A stretch of DNA of 64,000 nucleotides from a virus. Of this stretch, positions 35,865 to 46,000 are shown piece by piece (position 1 is the first letter of the stretch; the number at the start of each line of letters is the position of its first letter). The position numbers and the translations under genes are program-made. The notes under the pieces are model-generated. The model searched no databases, was not told where the DNA came from, and worked only from the letters and a program-made list of their open reading frames with translations. The DNA lies in IMG/VR virus record IMGVR_UViG_3300002461_001194, positions 11,204 through 75,203 of that record; one strand, given 5' to 3'.

Positions 35865-36488
35865 ATGGCGACCAAACTCGGATTGTTCAATGGCTCACTC
35901 GCGATCCTCAAGGAGCGCAAGCTGGCCACGCTGACCGACAACACGCCATCGCGGCACGCCCTCGATCTCATCTACGACGATACCGTTGCGTACATGATCG
36001 AGCAGGGCCTGTGGAACTTCGCCCAGCGCTCGGTCCTGATCGATCCCGATCCCGACGTCACTACGCCGTTTGGGTATCGCAATGCCTTCGAACACCCCTC
36101 CGACATGGTGCGGCTGACGAAGATCTCTGCGTCGGAGCGCTTCTACCCAGCGCTTAACGAGTTTCTTGACGAAGGCGCCCACTTCTTCGCTGACGTATCC
36201 GTGCTCTACCTCATGTACGTGTCGAACGGGGCATCGTATGGCCTCGACCTGACGCGCTGGCCGGCGACCTTCACACGCGCGGTGGAGTTCGAGCTTGCCG
36301 TCCGTGCAGGGCCCAGCATCGGAGCGTCGGCGGCGGCGATCGACGACGCCAAGAAGGATCGCAAGCTGGCCCTGATGGATGCCCGCTCCAAGGACGCCCT
36401 TCGACAGCCATCCGACCAGATGCAGCCCGGACGCCTCGTTACCGCCCGCCACTACGGCCGCACAAGCGGTCGCGGTCTCTGGGATTGA
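35865..36488 (+). CDS. Tail tubular protein A (gp11-like adaptor)
   Basis: WNFA...FGY..AFEHPSD, WPATF; position. Confidence 0.85.
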   Translation: MATKLGLFNGSLAILKERKLATLTDNTPSRHALDLIYDDTVAYMIEQGLWNFAQRSVLIDPDPDVTTPFGYRNAFEHPSDMVRLTKISASERFYPALNEFLDEGAHFFADVSVLYLMYVSNGASYGLDLTRWPATFTRAVEFELAVRAGPSIGASAAAIDDAKKDRKLALMDARSKDALRQPSDQMQPGRLVTARHYGRTSGRGLWD

Positions 36489-36494
36489 TCTGAC

Positions 36495-39209
36495 ATGGCC
36501 CGCGTCAACGCCCACATCCATGCCTTCAACGTCGGCGAGATCAGCAAGGCTGGACTTGCCCGCATCGATCAGGCGCGCACGCGTCTCGCGGCAGAGATCC
36601 AGGAGAACATTCTTCCATCCGTTGTGGGCAAGGCTCAGTTCCGGCCTGGGTTTGAATACATCGGCGCCACGCCGTCGAATGCTGAAAGCCGGCAGATCCC
36701 ATTCGCCAAATCGGCAAGCGACACGGCTCTTCTCATTGCCTCAAACGCCGAACTTCGTATCGTCATCGATGATGAGTACCTGACGCGAGCTTCGGTTACG
36801 TCGAGTGTGACCAATGGCGATTTCGCGTCGGGCACGGGCTGGACTCTGACGGTGACTGGCGGCGCTACCGCGAACATCAATTCAACCCACGCCGGGGCGC
36901 TGTTCATGGTCTGCCCGGCGCGTGGCGGTACGGCGACCTGCGAGCGCTCCGTCACAACATCAAATGCCGGAACCGAGCACGCACTGCGGATCATCGTCTC
37001 GATAGGGACGGTTGCCTTCCGCTGCGGGTCAACGTCAGGTGATGACGACTACGTGTCGGAAACCGAGCTTGGCGTTGGAACGCACTCGCTCACCTTCACG
37101 CCAGCCGGCACCTACTATGTCAACTTCTCCACGCGGAAGGATATCCGCTGCGTTGTCGATAGCATCCAGGTCGAGAGCGCGGGTGTTGTGGTCCTCCCCG
37201 CGCCATGGACAACGGCACAGCTCTTCGAGATTCGCTACGCGCAATCACTCGACGAATTGTTTGTCGTCCACACGGCATGGATGCCGCGGCGCATTCAGCG
37301 TAACAACAATGCCCGGTCGTGGTCGATCATCGAGTATCGCGCCAACGATGGCCCGTTCATGCTGGCGGCCTATCGCGACGTCAAACTGACCGCAAGCGAA
37401 CAGGTCGGAAATACCACGCTTTCGTCGGACGTGCCGTTCTTCAAGCCGGAGCACGTCGGTTGCCTGTTCCGCCTGTTTCATGAGCAGACCAACATCACCG
37501 TTTCCCTTGGCGCGCTCGGTGAGCACACGGAGGCGATCCGGGTCAACGGCATAGGCACCGACAACGACTTTGCCTTCGCGATCACAGGAACGTGGGTAGG
37601 TACGATCAACATCCAGCGCTCCTACACGAGCGAGGATGAAGCATTCGTCAATGTTTCGTCCGGAACACACTACACTCACACCGTTAATGCCGCCAATACC
37701 TACACGCCTGGGACCAGTCTCGACAACGTCGTGCACTGGTATCGCTACGCCTTCACCGCTTACACCTCGGGCTCCGCTGCCATCAGCATCGGCTACACAG
37801 GTGACGCGCGATATGGCGTCTGCCGGGTTATTGGTTACCTCAGTTCAACATCTGTGTTTGTCGAAGTCTTGCGGCCGTTCGGGAATTTCACGTCGACCAA
37901 GCGCTGGCTCGAAGGTGCCTGGTCCGACCGCGCCGGCTGGCCATCCGCTGTCGCCATCATCGATGGCCGCCTAGCCTTCGGACGCGACGACAAGTTCTGG
38001 CTTTCAGAGTCGGACAACTACTATGCCTTTGGGCTTGATACCGAAGGTGAAAAGGGATCAATCCAGCGGGCTATTGCAACGGGTCAAGGTGCCAGCACGA
38101 CGCGCTGGATCATGCCGTTGGATCACATGCTGATCGGCACGACGGATCAGGTGGCAGCCGTCCGATCAAGTGCGCTGAACGAACAGCTTGCGCCGACAAG
38201 CACCACCGTCAAGGACGTGTCTACGATACGCTGTTCTGCGGTCAATCCCATTCGCGTCGACAGCCGCGGTATCGTGATCGATGAAAGTGGGCGCCGCGTC
38301 TACGAACTCGTGCAGGGTCAGGTTACGGGCTCCTACGAAGCGAACGAAATCACAGCCCTCAACGAGGATATCGCCGGCACATCGAGCCAGCAATTAACGG
38401 GGCTCGCCGTCCAGCGCCATCCGCAGACCTACGTCTGGCACAAACGCTCCGACGGGCAGTGCCCGGTCTTGCTCTACGAGCCCAAGCAGGAAGTCGCCGC
38501 CTATGTCCGGCTGATCTCGGACGGTGCTGACGGCGAGATCGAAGATATCTGCATGCTCCCCGATGCGTCGCAGGATCGAGCATATGTCATCGTCAAGCGC
38601 ACCATCAACAGTTCGACTGTGCGCTACATCGAGAAACTGGCTCTCCCAAGCGAGGCTCGAGGCAGCACATGGAACAAGATGGCGGACAGCTTTGTCACCG
38701 CGGCGGGCCCGGTATCGAGCGTCACAGCGGCGCATCTCGCCAACCAGACGGGCCTCGTTGGCTGGGGGTATCTCAGCGGCGTCGGCACAGCGTTAACCGG
38801 GCTTTCCGCCAATGGCTCCGGGGTTATCGCGCTCGGCGCCACCTACACCAACGTCTGCGTCGGGCTGCCCTACGGTTGGAGGTATAAATCCGCCAAGCTC
38901 GCATACGGCGCGCGGGGCGGCACTGCATTGTTGCAGACCAAGAAGGTCAACGCGATGGGTGTTCTGCTCATCGATACCCACAAGGATGCAATCGAGTACG
39001 GCGCCGACTTCGATCATATGTACCCGATGCCCCAGATTGAGCGTGGCACGACGATCTCTGAAGCAACCCACGATACCTACGACGAGCCCGTGTTTCCGAT
39101 GGACGGAACATGGGACACCGACTCCCGCGTCTGCATGCAGGGCCAGGCGCCTTATCACTGCACGTTGTCCGCCCTCGTCGTGAACGTGGAAACCAATGAA
39201 AGCGTCTGA
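36495..39209 (+). CDS. Tail tubular protein B (gp12-like nozzle)
   Basis: 904 aa; FNVGEIS N-terminus, GWPSAV, GLPY; position. Confidence 0.88.
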   Translation: MARVNAHIHAFNVGEISKAGLARIDQARTRLAAEIQENILPSVVGKAQFRPGFEYIGATPSNAESRQIPFAKSASDTALLIASNAELRIVIDDEYLTRASVTSSVTNGDFASGTGWTLTVTGGATANINSTHAGALFMVCPARGGTATCERSVTTSNAGTEHALRIIVSIGTVAFRCGSTSGDDDYVSETELGVGTHSLTFTPAGTYYVNFSTRKDIRCVVDSIQVESAGVVVLPAPWTTAQLFEIRYAQSLDELFVVHTAWMPRRIQRNNNARSWSIIEYRANDGPFMLAAYRDVKLTASEQVGNTTLSSDVPFFKPEHVGCLFRLFHEQTNITVSLGALGEHTEAIRVNGIGTDNDFAFAITGTWVGTINIQRSYTSEDEAFVNVSSGTHYTHTVNAANTYTPGTSLDNVVHWYRYAFTAYTSGSAAISIGYTGDARYGVCRVIGYLSSTSVFVEVLRPFGNFTSTKRWLEGAWSDRAGWPSAVAIIDGRLAFGRDDKFWLSESDNYYAFGLDTEGEKGSIQRAIATGQGASTTRWIMPLDHMLIGTTDQVAAVRSSALNEQLAPTSTTVKDVSTIRCSAVNPIRVDSRGIVIDESGRRVYELVQGQVTGSYEANEITALNEDIAGTSSQQLTGLAVQRHPQTYVWHKRSDGQCPVLLYEPKQEVAAYVRLISDGADGEIEDICMLPDASQDRAYVIVKRTINSSTVRYIEKLALPSEARGSTWNKMADSFVTAAGPVSSVTAAHLANQTGLVGWGYLSGVGTALTGLSANGSGVIALGATYTNVCVGLPYGWRYKSAKLAYGARGGTALLQTKKVNAMGVLLIDTHKDAIEYGADFDHMYPMPQIERGTTISEATHDTYDEPVFPMDGTWDTDSRVCMQGQAPYHCTLSALVVNVETNESV

Positions 39210-39564
39210 GGCTGTCATCCGGCCGGCAACGGCGATCGAGATCGATGCCTACTCCGGTTACGACGAAGAGAAATCGAAGATCGTCCAATACGCCGAAGTC
39301 CTGGTCGAGGATGGCATGATGCTCGCTATGGGCACGCTCGCGGATTTTCGCGGGTTTCCGATTGTGTCGCTCGACATCACCGAGGAAGCCAAGGTTCACG
39401 GTGTCCGTATGGTGTTGGCGCTGCGGCGCTGGCTCAAGAACAACGACGGGCCTGTCTTCGCGATCAGCCACAACCCCGTGCTGCTGTCGCGGTTGGGGTT
39501 CAAGAGAACCGAACTCTCCATCAATGGCAAGGAATTGTGGAAATGGCAGAACTCGCAGCAGTAG
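39196..39564 (+). CDS. Protein at the T7 gp13-like position
   Basis: 122 aa between nozzle and ejection genes, LLSRLGFK motif. Confidence 0.65.
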   Translation: MKASEAVIRPATAIEIDAYSGYDEEKSKIVQYAEVLVEDGMMLAMGTLADFRGFPIVSLDITEEAKVHGVRMVLALRRWLKNNDGPVFAISHNPVLLSRLGFKRTELSINGKELWKWQNSQQ

Positions 39565-40067
39565 CGACGGCGCTCGCGGCCGGTACGGCAGCCGAGATCG
39601 GCGCTGGCACGGCGCTGGCAGCAGCGGGCCAGGCAGCGGTCATCGGCAGTACCGTGGCCGGCGGTGTCGCCGCGAAGAACAAGGGCGACTTCCAAGCCAA
39701 GCAGGCCAAGGTCAAGGCCAATGAGGAAATGGTCGGCGCGACGAAGAAAGCTCAGGAACAGCAGCGCCGCGCCGAGCGCGTTCAGTCGGCGCAGATCGCA
39801 GGCGCGGCGGGCAGCGGTGGCGGCGTCACCACGCCGACGATCTACGACCTGATCGGCGACACGGAACAGGTCGCTTACGAGGCGACGCAGGGCGAGATCG
39901 CGTCGGGCGAGAACCGCAGCAAATCCCTGATGGCGAGCGCCAAGGCCTACAAGCAGGAAGGCAATGCGGCGTTCGTCGGTTCGATCTTCGACGCGGCGGG
40001 CAAGGGGCTGAGCGGGTTTGGCAAGAAACTGCCGGATCCGTGGGCGGCCAAAGTGGCGTACGGCTGA
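39543..40067 (+). CDS. Internal virion/ejection protein (gp14-like)
   Basis: Ala/Gly-rich N-terminus plus coiled coil. Confidence 0.8.
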   Translation: MAELAAVATALAAGTAAEIGAGTALAAAGQAAVIGSTVAGGVAAKNKGDFQAKQAKVKANEEMVGATKKAQEQQRRAERVQSAQIAGAAGSGGGVTTPTIYDLIGDTEQVAYEATQGEIASGENRSKSLMASAKAYKQEGNAAFVGSIFDAAGKGLSGFGKKLPDPWAAKVAYG

Positions 40068-40078
40068 GGATCGCATAG

Positions 40079-42643
40079 ATGCCCCGTCTCCCTGACAAGA
40101 CATCGATCCAACCGCGCACGGATTACTCCACGCCGGTTGTGCACGCGCCGGATACGGGCGCAGCCTTTCGCGGGATTTCCCGTTTTGGCGCCGCGCTTCA
40201 AGAGGAAGGTCAGGCCATCACCAAAGCGGAACAGGGCATGGACCTGATCCGGGCGGACGCTGATTTCGATACAAGGTTGCGCGAGCGCGAGCGTGCCTAC
40301 GATACGGACACCGACCACGGCACCTACGAGACTCGTTTTGGGGCGGAAGCCAACCAAACGATGATGGATGCTGCAAAAGGCATTCGCGATCCCGGCTTGC
40401 GTGAAAAGTGGATGCTGGACCGCGCGACGGGCAAGCGCAACGCGGCCCTCGATCGCGTGATGAACCGCGGCACGGCCCTCGCCCGACAGGAGAAAGAGGT
40501 CGAGATCGGCAACATCCTTCAAGGCCACCAGGGGGCTTATGCCGAGACGGACGACCCGGAACGGCGCCGGCAGGTGCTCGCGGACATGGATGCGGCGATC
40601 AAGGTCGGAGAATCGACGGGCTTGCTCTCTCCCAAGCTGGTCGAGAAGTTCCGCGATCAGTTCATCGACGGTGCAATCGTCTCTGACGCCGACGCCCGTA
40701 TCTACGGTGGCGATGCGGCAGGCGTTCTGACGGACCTGGGGATGATCCCAGGCGGCAAGACACGGCGCAAGGTCGCCTATGGGGCGCCTGATCTGGGCTC
40801 GGTCTCTGCGAAGTACGAGAGCGGCGGCAAGGGCCCAGCGTTCGTGTCAACGGGCGAGGGCGATCCGGGCGGGCCGTCCTACGGCGTGCATCAGCTTTCG
40901 TCCAAAGACTCGATGCCGGCGTTCCTGCGCAGCCCGGAAGGCAAGCCCTACGCGGCAAAGTTTGCGCGTCAAGTCGTTGGGTCGCCAGCCTTCAACAAGA
41001 CGTATCAGGAGATCGCACGCGCGGATCCCGATGGGTTCGGCAAGGCGCAGTTTGAGTTCTATGCCAGGACGCACTATCAGCCGGCACTCGAGGCGGCCAA
41101 ATCGGCCGGGTTCGACACGACCGACCGCGGTGTGCAGGAAGCCATCTTCTCGATCGGTGTGCAGCACGGCGGGGCTCAAAAGATTATCGGGGCGGCAGCA
41201 GGGGCTGGCGACGATCCGCAGGAGCAGATCAGGGCGCTCTATCAGGCGCGTTCGGCCTATGTGGCTGGTCTCCGGGATCTGCCGGGGCGCACCAAGCAAT
41301 CCGTCCTCAACCGCTACAAGAGCGAAGAGCGTGATGCCCTGAAACTGGCGGGAACCAAGGCGGGCGCTAGTGAGGCGATGGCCGATGATGCCGAGGACGA
41401 CGGCCTTGGATTGATCCCGTGGGGCGAAGCGACGGAGATCGAGCAGGACTCGCCCGCCCGCGCGCAATACCGGATGGTCTCAGGTCGCCAGCGGCAGACC
41501 CTCATCAACAAGGCACGCGTTGCCCTTTCAGCCAAGACCCAAGCCGACGTCAAATCAGATATCGAACGGCTTGAGAACGGCGAAGAAGAACTGCGCGACG
41601 AGCGCGGCGAGACGGCATTCGATAAGGCTCAGCGGCTGTTGACGCCTAACCAGCGCGAGAAGCTGTCGCAAGAGCGCGACCGCGCGATCATGGTCCGGGA
41701 CTCGGTCAAGCCAATCAAGTTCATCCACGAAGATGAAATCGACGGTCATATTGCCCGGATCGGCGAAGGTGCCCCGGACGATCGTTACGGTGTCGTCGGC
41801 AAGGTGCGCCAGAAGGCGCTCGCGGAATGGGAGAAGGTTTCCAAGGAGCGCCGGTCGGATCCTGCCAAGGCGGTGGCGTCGCATCCTCGCGTTCAGCGCG
41901 CGATCGAGATGGAGAACGCGGCGATCGGCACCGTCGGCATATCGATCGGCGAGGACGGCGATCCGGTCATCGATATCCAGAAAATGACGGCCCAGCAGGC
42001 TCAGCGGGCGGCTCAGTCGACGATCGAGGCGCGACTTGAGGCACAAGAGGCGGTCGGTATCCCTAAGACGTTCCAGCGCACGCTATCGAAGCGGCAGGCA
42101 GAACGCCTGTTGAACATGCCTAATCCCGCCGAACTCAGCAGTCAGCAGCAGCGCCAAGCGCTCATGACGGCGGCAAAAAGGGCGTCGGATGCGTTTGGCC
42201 CGGAGATGGGCGAGCGCGTGTTTCGCGATGCGCTCACGCTGACGTTCAAGCCGAACGCCGACAACATGCGCCAGTACATGAACCGGGGCCGCCAAGCCTT
42301 CGAGGAAAGTGCAGCGACGGAAGAACGGTTCAATCTTCTCGCCAAGCGGGCATTCGGCAAGGACATCACGTCTCAGGACATGCGTCGAGTGGAGCAGCTC
42401 GATCGGTTGGATGCGATCCCGCCGATTCTGCCGCGCACGAATCAGGGTCTGCCGGCCATAGGCCAGCCACCTCCCCAGACGCCGCAGCAGCGCCAGCCGA
42501 GTGAAAGCCACATCAAACTGCTGATGCAGCAGATGGCGGCTGATCCCGCCAAAGCGCGAGCAGCATTCGACGCCAAGTTCGGAGATGGTGCCGCGCGGCG
42601 CTTCATCACCAGAATGATCGAAGGGGAGGCCGAGAGCCCATGA
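40079..42643 (+). CDS. Internal virion/ejection protein (gp15-like) with VgrG3-like muramidase domain
   Basis: LGSVSAKYESGG...STGEGDPGGPSYGVHQLSS, VQEAIFSIGVQHG, VLNRYKSE. Confidence 0.85.
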   Translation: MPRLPDKTSIQPRTDYSTPVVHAPDTGAAFRGISRFGAALQEEGQAITKAEQGMDLIRADADFDTRLRERERAYDTDTDHGTYETRFGAEANQTMMDAAKGIRDPGLREKWMLDRATGKRNAALDRVMNRGTALARQEKEVEIGNILQGHQGAYAETDDPERRRQVLADMDAAIKVGESTGLLSPKLVEKFRDQFIDGAIVSDADARIYGGDAAGVLTDLGMIPGGKTRRKVAYGAPDLGSVSAKYESGGKGPAFVSTGEGDPGGPSYGVHQLSSKDSMPAFLRSPEGKPYAAKFARQVVGSPAFNKTYQEIARADPDGFGKAQFEFYARTHYQPALEAAKSAGFDTTDRGVQEAIFSIGVQHGGAQKIIGAAAGAGDDPQEQIRALYQARSAYVAGLRDLPGRTKQSVLNRYKSEERDALKLAGTKAGASEAMADDAEDDGLGLIPWGEATEIEQDSPARAQYRMVSGRQRQTLINKARVALSAKTQADVKSDIERLENGEEELRDERGETAFDKAQRLLTPNQREKLSQERDRAIMVRDSVKPIKFIHEDEIDGHIARIGEGAPDDRYGVVGKVRQKALAEWEKVSKERRSDPAKAVASHPRVQRAIEMENAAIGTVGISIGEDGDPVIDIQKMTAQQAQRAAQSTIEARLEAQEAVGIPKTFQRTLSKRQAERLLNMPNPAELSSQQQRQALMTAAKRASDAFGPEMGERVFRDALTLTFKPNADNMRQYMNRGRQAFEESAATEERFNLLAKRAFGKDITSQDMRRVEQLDRLDAIPPILPRTNQGLPAIGQPPPQTPQQRQPSESHIKLLMQQMAADPAKARAAFDAKFGDGAARRFITRMIEGEAESP

Positions 42644-42909
42644 GCGCGAAACAGCGGATCAAGATGCGGGCAGGTTCGCATCTGGGCGAAGTATTGCCGT
42701 TCAACCACGGTCCTGACGACAGCGTGGTCAAAGCGCTCATGCAGGTAGAGGAATTGGTTATGTCCGGTCAGGTTGATGGCATTGCTATTGCCATCACGTC
42801 GCGGGACGGCACGCCGAACAACTTCTACGTCAAGGGCGCAAACCGCTGGACGTTGCTCGGTTCAATCCAGCGCCTAAGCTCGCGGATCGAGAACGACTCG
42901 GAAGCCTAA
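42640..42909 (+). CDS. Small hypothetical protein
   Basis: 89 aa, ATGA-coupled. Confidence 0.7.
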   Translation: MSAKQRIKMRAGSHLGEVLPFNHGPDDSVVKALMQVEELVMSGQVDGIAIAITSRDGTPNNFYVKGANRWTLLGSIQRLSSRIENDSEA

Positions 42910-42989
42910 CGCTTCCTAAAGGTCAGCCAGTAGGCGGCCACGACGCCCGGCACGACCACAAACAGCATCACCGACATCCAAACGCTCAT
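42906..42989 (-). CDS. 27-aa single-pass membrane peptide, antisense
   Basis: Own translation: MSVWMSVMLFVVVPGVVAAYWLTFRKR; GGGAGG SD 6 nt upstream; TTGGAT-16-TATCGT promoter candidate. Confidence 0.65.
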   Translation of the reverse strand: MSVWMSVMLFVVVPGVVAAYWLTFRKR

Positions 42990-43044
42990 CACGCGCCTCC
43001 CTCAGTTGGCGTGAACGATAGCATGTGCTCCGAGGAATCCAAGA

Positions 43045-46000
43045 ATGGTCGATAAAGACATCGATTTCGCAGCCCAGCTCGATGCGCTTGACGAGCAGGA
43101 TACCCCTGCCGAGCAGCCGCTTTCGGGATTTGGCTTTGCGAAAGAGACGCCAGCCGCACCAATGGATTTCGGCTTGCCGGAGTCCACCAAGCGGCTGATC
43201 GATACCTCGGTTGGCGATGTGGAATCGGAGCGTCAGCGCCAATCCGCAATCGATAAGCAGCGCGAAATCCTCGACCGCTACAAAGAAAAGTTCCAGCGCG
43301 ACAAGGAAGAGAAGTTCGGCCCGCAGCATCCCGAGGTCAAGCCCGAGGATGATTTTTGGGGCGGCGAGTTCTTCCGCTCCGTTGGCCGTGCTGGCGTTGG
43401 CACGAAGGATATGCTCGGCGCGACCATGCGCCAGAGCGCCACGTCCCTGCGTCTTGAAGGCGGTGCAGCGAACGAGGCGCTTGCCGGGCCATTGGAGCAG
43501 CGCGGCCAGCAATACTCTGACGAGGCCGAGCGCATAACGCGCCAGCTTCCCAAAGCCCGCATCGACGATTTCACGAAGATCCGTACCGAGTCGATCTCGG
43601 CATTTGCGCGAGACGTGAACGATTACGTTCAGCAGGGTGTCGGGCAGGTTATCGGCTACTACGCGCCGATCGCGGTAGGCTATGGCGTTGCTGGTGTTCC
43701 GGGCCTCTTCCTAGGTTCTACTGTTCTCGGCGTTGGTGAGGTGCGCAAGACGCTTGAAGAAGAAGGCATTACCGATCCCAAGCTGCTGGAAAGCTACGGC
43801 TGGACAGCAGGCATGACGGTTGCCGCCCTCGATGCGCTTGTCCCCGCTGAGCTGCTAACCGCGCCGGTTAAGAAAGGCCTTCAGAAGTACGCATTGACCC
43901 GTATCGCCCGCACGATGGCGGAAATCGGTGTCAAGGAAGCCGTTACTGAAACCATGCAGGAGATGGTTCAGATCACGGCGGCAGCGTCGGCGGCCGGTAT
44001 TCAGGTCGGCGAGGACCGTGCTTCCGAAGAACTATTCAACATGGGCAAGGCGCTTTATGAAAAGCGCTGGCAGGTTGCGAACGCTGCGGCTCTCGGGTTC
44101 ATCGGCGGCAAAACGCTGGCTGCGCCCGGCGCAATCCAGGCTGAGATCGCAGGCCGCAAAGCAGACCGCCTCAAGGGCTTTTCGGATGCCGCCAAGCCGC
44201 TTGCTGAGTCCGGCGCGACGATCGAGCCTGACACACGCACGATTGCCCCGTCTCAGGAAGGCCCGACGCCCCGTCTGAAACCCGGTGAAGGCGCTGTCCG
44301 TGGCCCGGTCGAATCCGAGCCTGCGATTGCAGACGCTGAACAGTTTCTCAGGGATCTGGAAACTGAAACACCGTCGGCGCCGGGCGAAACAGCGACGGAT
44401 AGGCCCGCTGGCCCGAGCGCTGAACCCGGTCCAAGCGCGGCTGCCGAGACCATGGCGCCCGCTCCTGTCCCGACGTTCCAGGACATCGCCCCCCTTCTCA
44501 AGCTCGACAAGGATGGGGTGCCGGACTTTGCCCCGGTATTCGACGCCCTTGCCGCAACGGGCAAGCGTGGCTTCAATGAACTGACGGACCAAGAAAAGGT
44601 CGGACTGCTTCAGCAGCTCCGTGGGGAAACCCCGGCTGCACCCAAGGAAGCCGCACAGGCCGCAAAGCCAGCGCCGACCACGCCTGAAGGCTGGATCGAG
44701 TTCGCGACCGCCAAATCGCAGGAGTACGCCGACCTCGCCCGCCGTATGAGCATGGGCGAGATGACGCGCGAGGAAGCGGAAGCCGCTGTAGCCGCCGCCA
44801 AGCGCGACTGGCAGGCCATTGACCGGGCGCGCACGAGGGGGATTATCGAGGCCGACGAGACTCGCGGCCGACCCCATAGCGGAGCGGTGGAAACAGCGTA
44901 CAACGATCTGCGCACCGAGTTTGACGTCGCCAGCCAGTCGCGTCGCGGTTTCAAGGCATCGCCCAAGCCCGCCACAGCGGCGCCAGAGGCCGTTTCAGCC
45001 CCGGAAGCGGCAACCGTAGCTCCCGCGCAAGGGGCCGCTCCTGCGGCTCCTGTAACCCAGACGGGACAATCGGCCGATGTAACCCGGAACGCCCCGCGCT
45101 CCCTCACCGAAGCGATCCAGCAAGCCGCCCCCCAGATTGAGGAAGTAGCACGGGCAGCGGTTCAGGCAATCGCAGCGCCCGCCCAAGAGACCGCCGCCGC
45201 GCCATCGGCCCCAGCCATCGACGATGCTGTCCGCTCCCGCTTCTCCGAAGTCCTCGCCAGCAAAGAGCGTCGTTCAAACTGGGCCAAAGCCGCAGGCATC
45301 TCCGAAGACCAAGCCCAAGCGCTGATTGCTGAAGCCGTCTCTGATGGACGGCTTACGATGCGGAAAGGCCAGCCGGTTCGTACCGGCAAGGCTAAGCAGG
45401 TTTCATCTCCCCAAGCTGAAGTTGCCCGCGCTGCAACATCTGTCCCGATGGGGCGGGCAGCGGAAGTGCGCCTTGAGCGCATCCAGAACGACATAGCCTA
45501 CAAGCACGCCGCCACCCTACTCGGCGCCGGAACCAATACCCGTTTGCGCAATGTGGCGCTGAAGAAGCTGGCTGAGGATAAGAAGGCGACCCGCGTTGTT
45601 CTCGATGAGGTTCACCTTGCACTGACCGGCAAGCCCTCAAAGTCGATGCGCAAGAAGGGCGACGTCATCGAGGCGTTGCGGAAGGCAGAGATTGCCCAAG
45701 CCACGCCCGCACCTGTGGCAGTGCCAGTCGTCGAAGAGGAGTCCGTTCCGCTTCAGGACATCGTCAATCCGATCGACCGCAACGCGCCGGTCGCCGATCA
45801 GCTTCGCCAGATCGCGGAACTGAAAGCGCAGAGCAAGCCCGCCCTCGACGGCCAGCTCAAGGCGATGGATGCCCAGATCGGCACCACGTCAAATTCCAAT
45901 ATCAAGAAGCCGGAGACCATCGTCTCCAAGGCGAGCCGCCCGAGCATTCTGGCGACGAAGCCCTGGCACACGATCGCGCATATCCGCGACACGCTTCGGT

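Noticed and set aside
42989-43249. 86-aa minus ORF ending at the peptide start
   Set aside because: Pro/Arg/Ser-rich shadow of the giant gene's 5' end; the 27-aa peptide has its own SD and promoter candidate.
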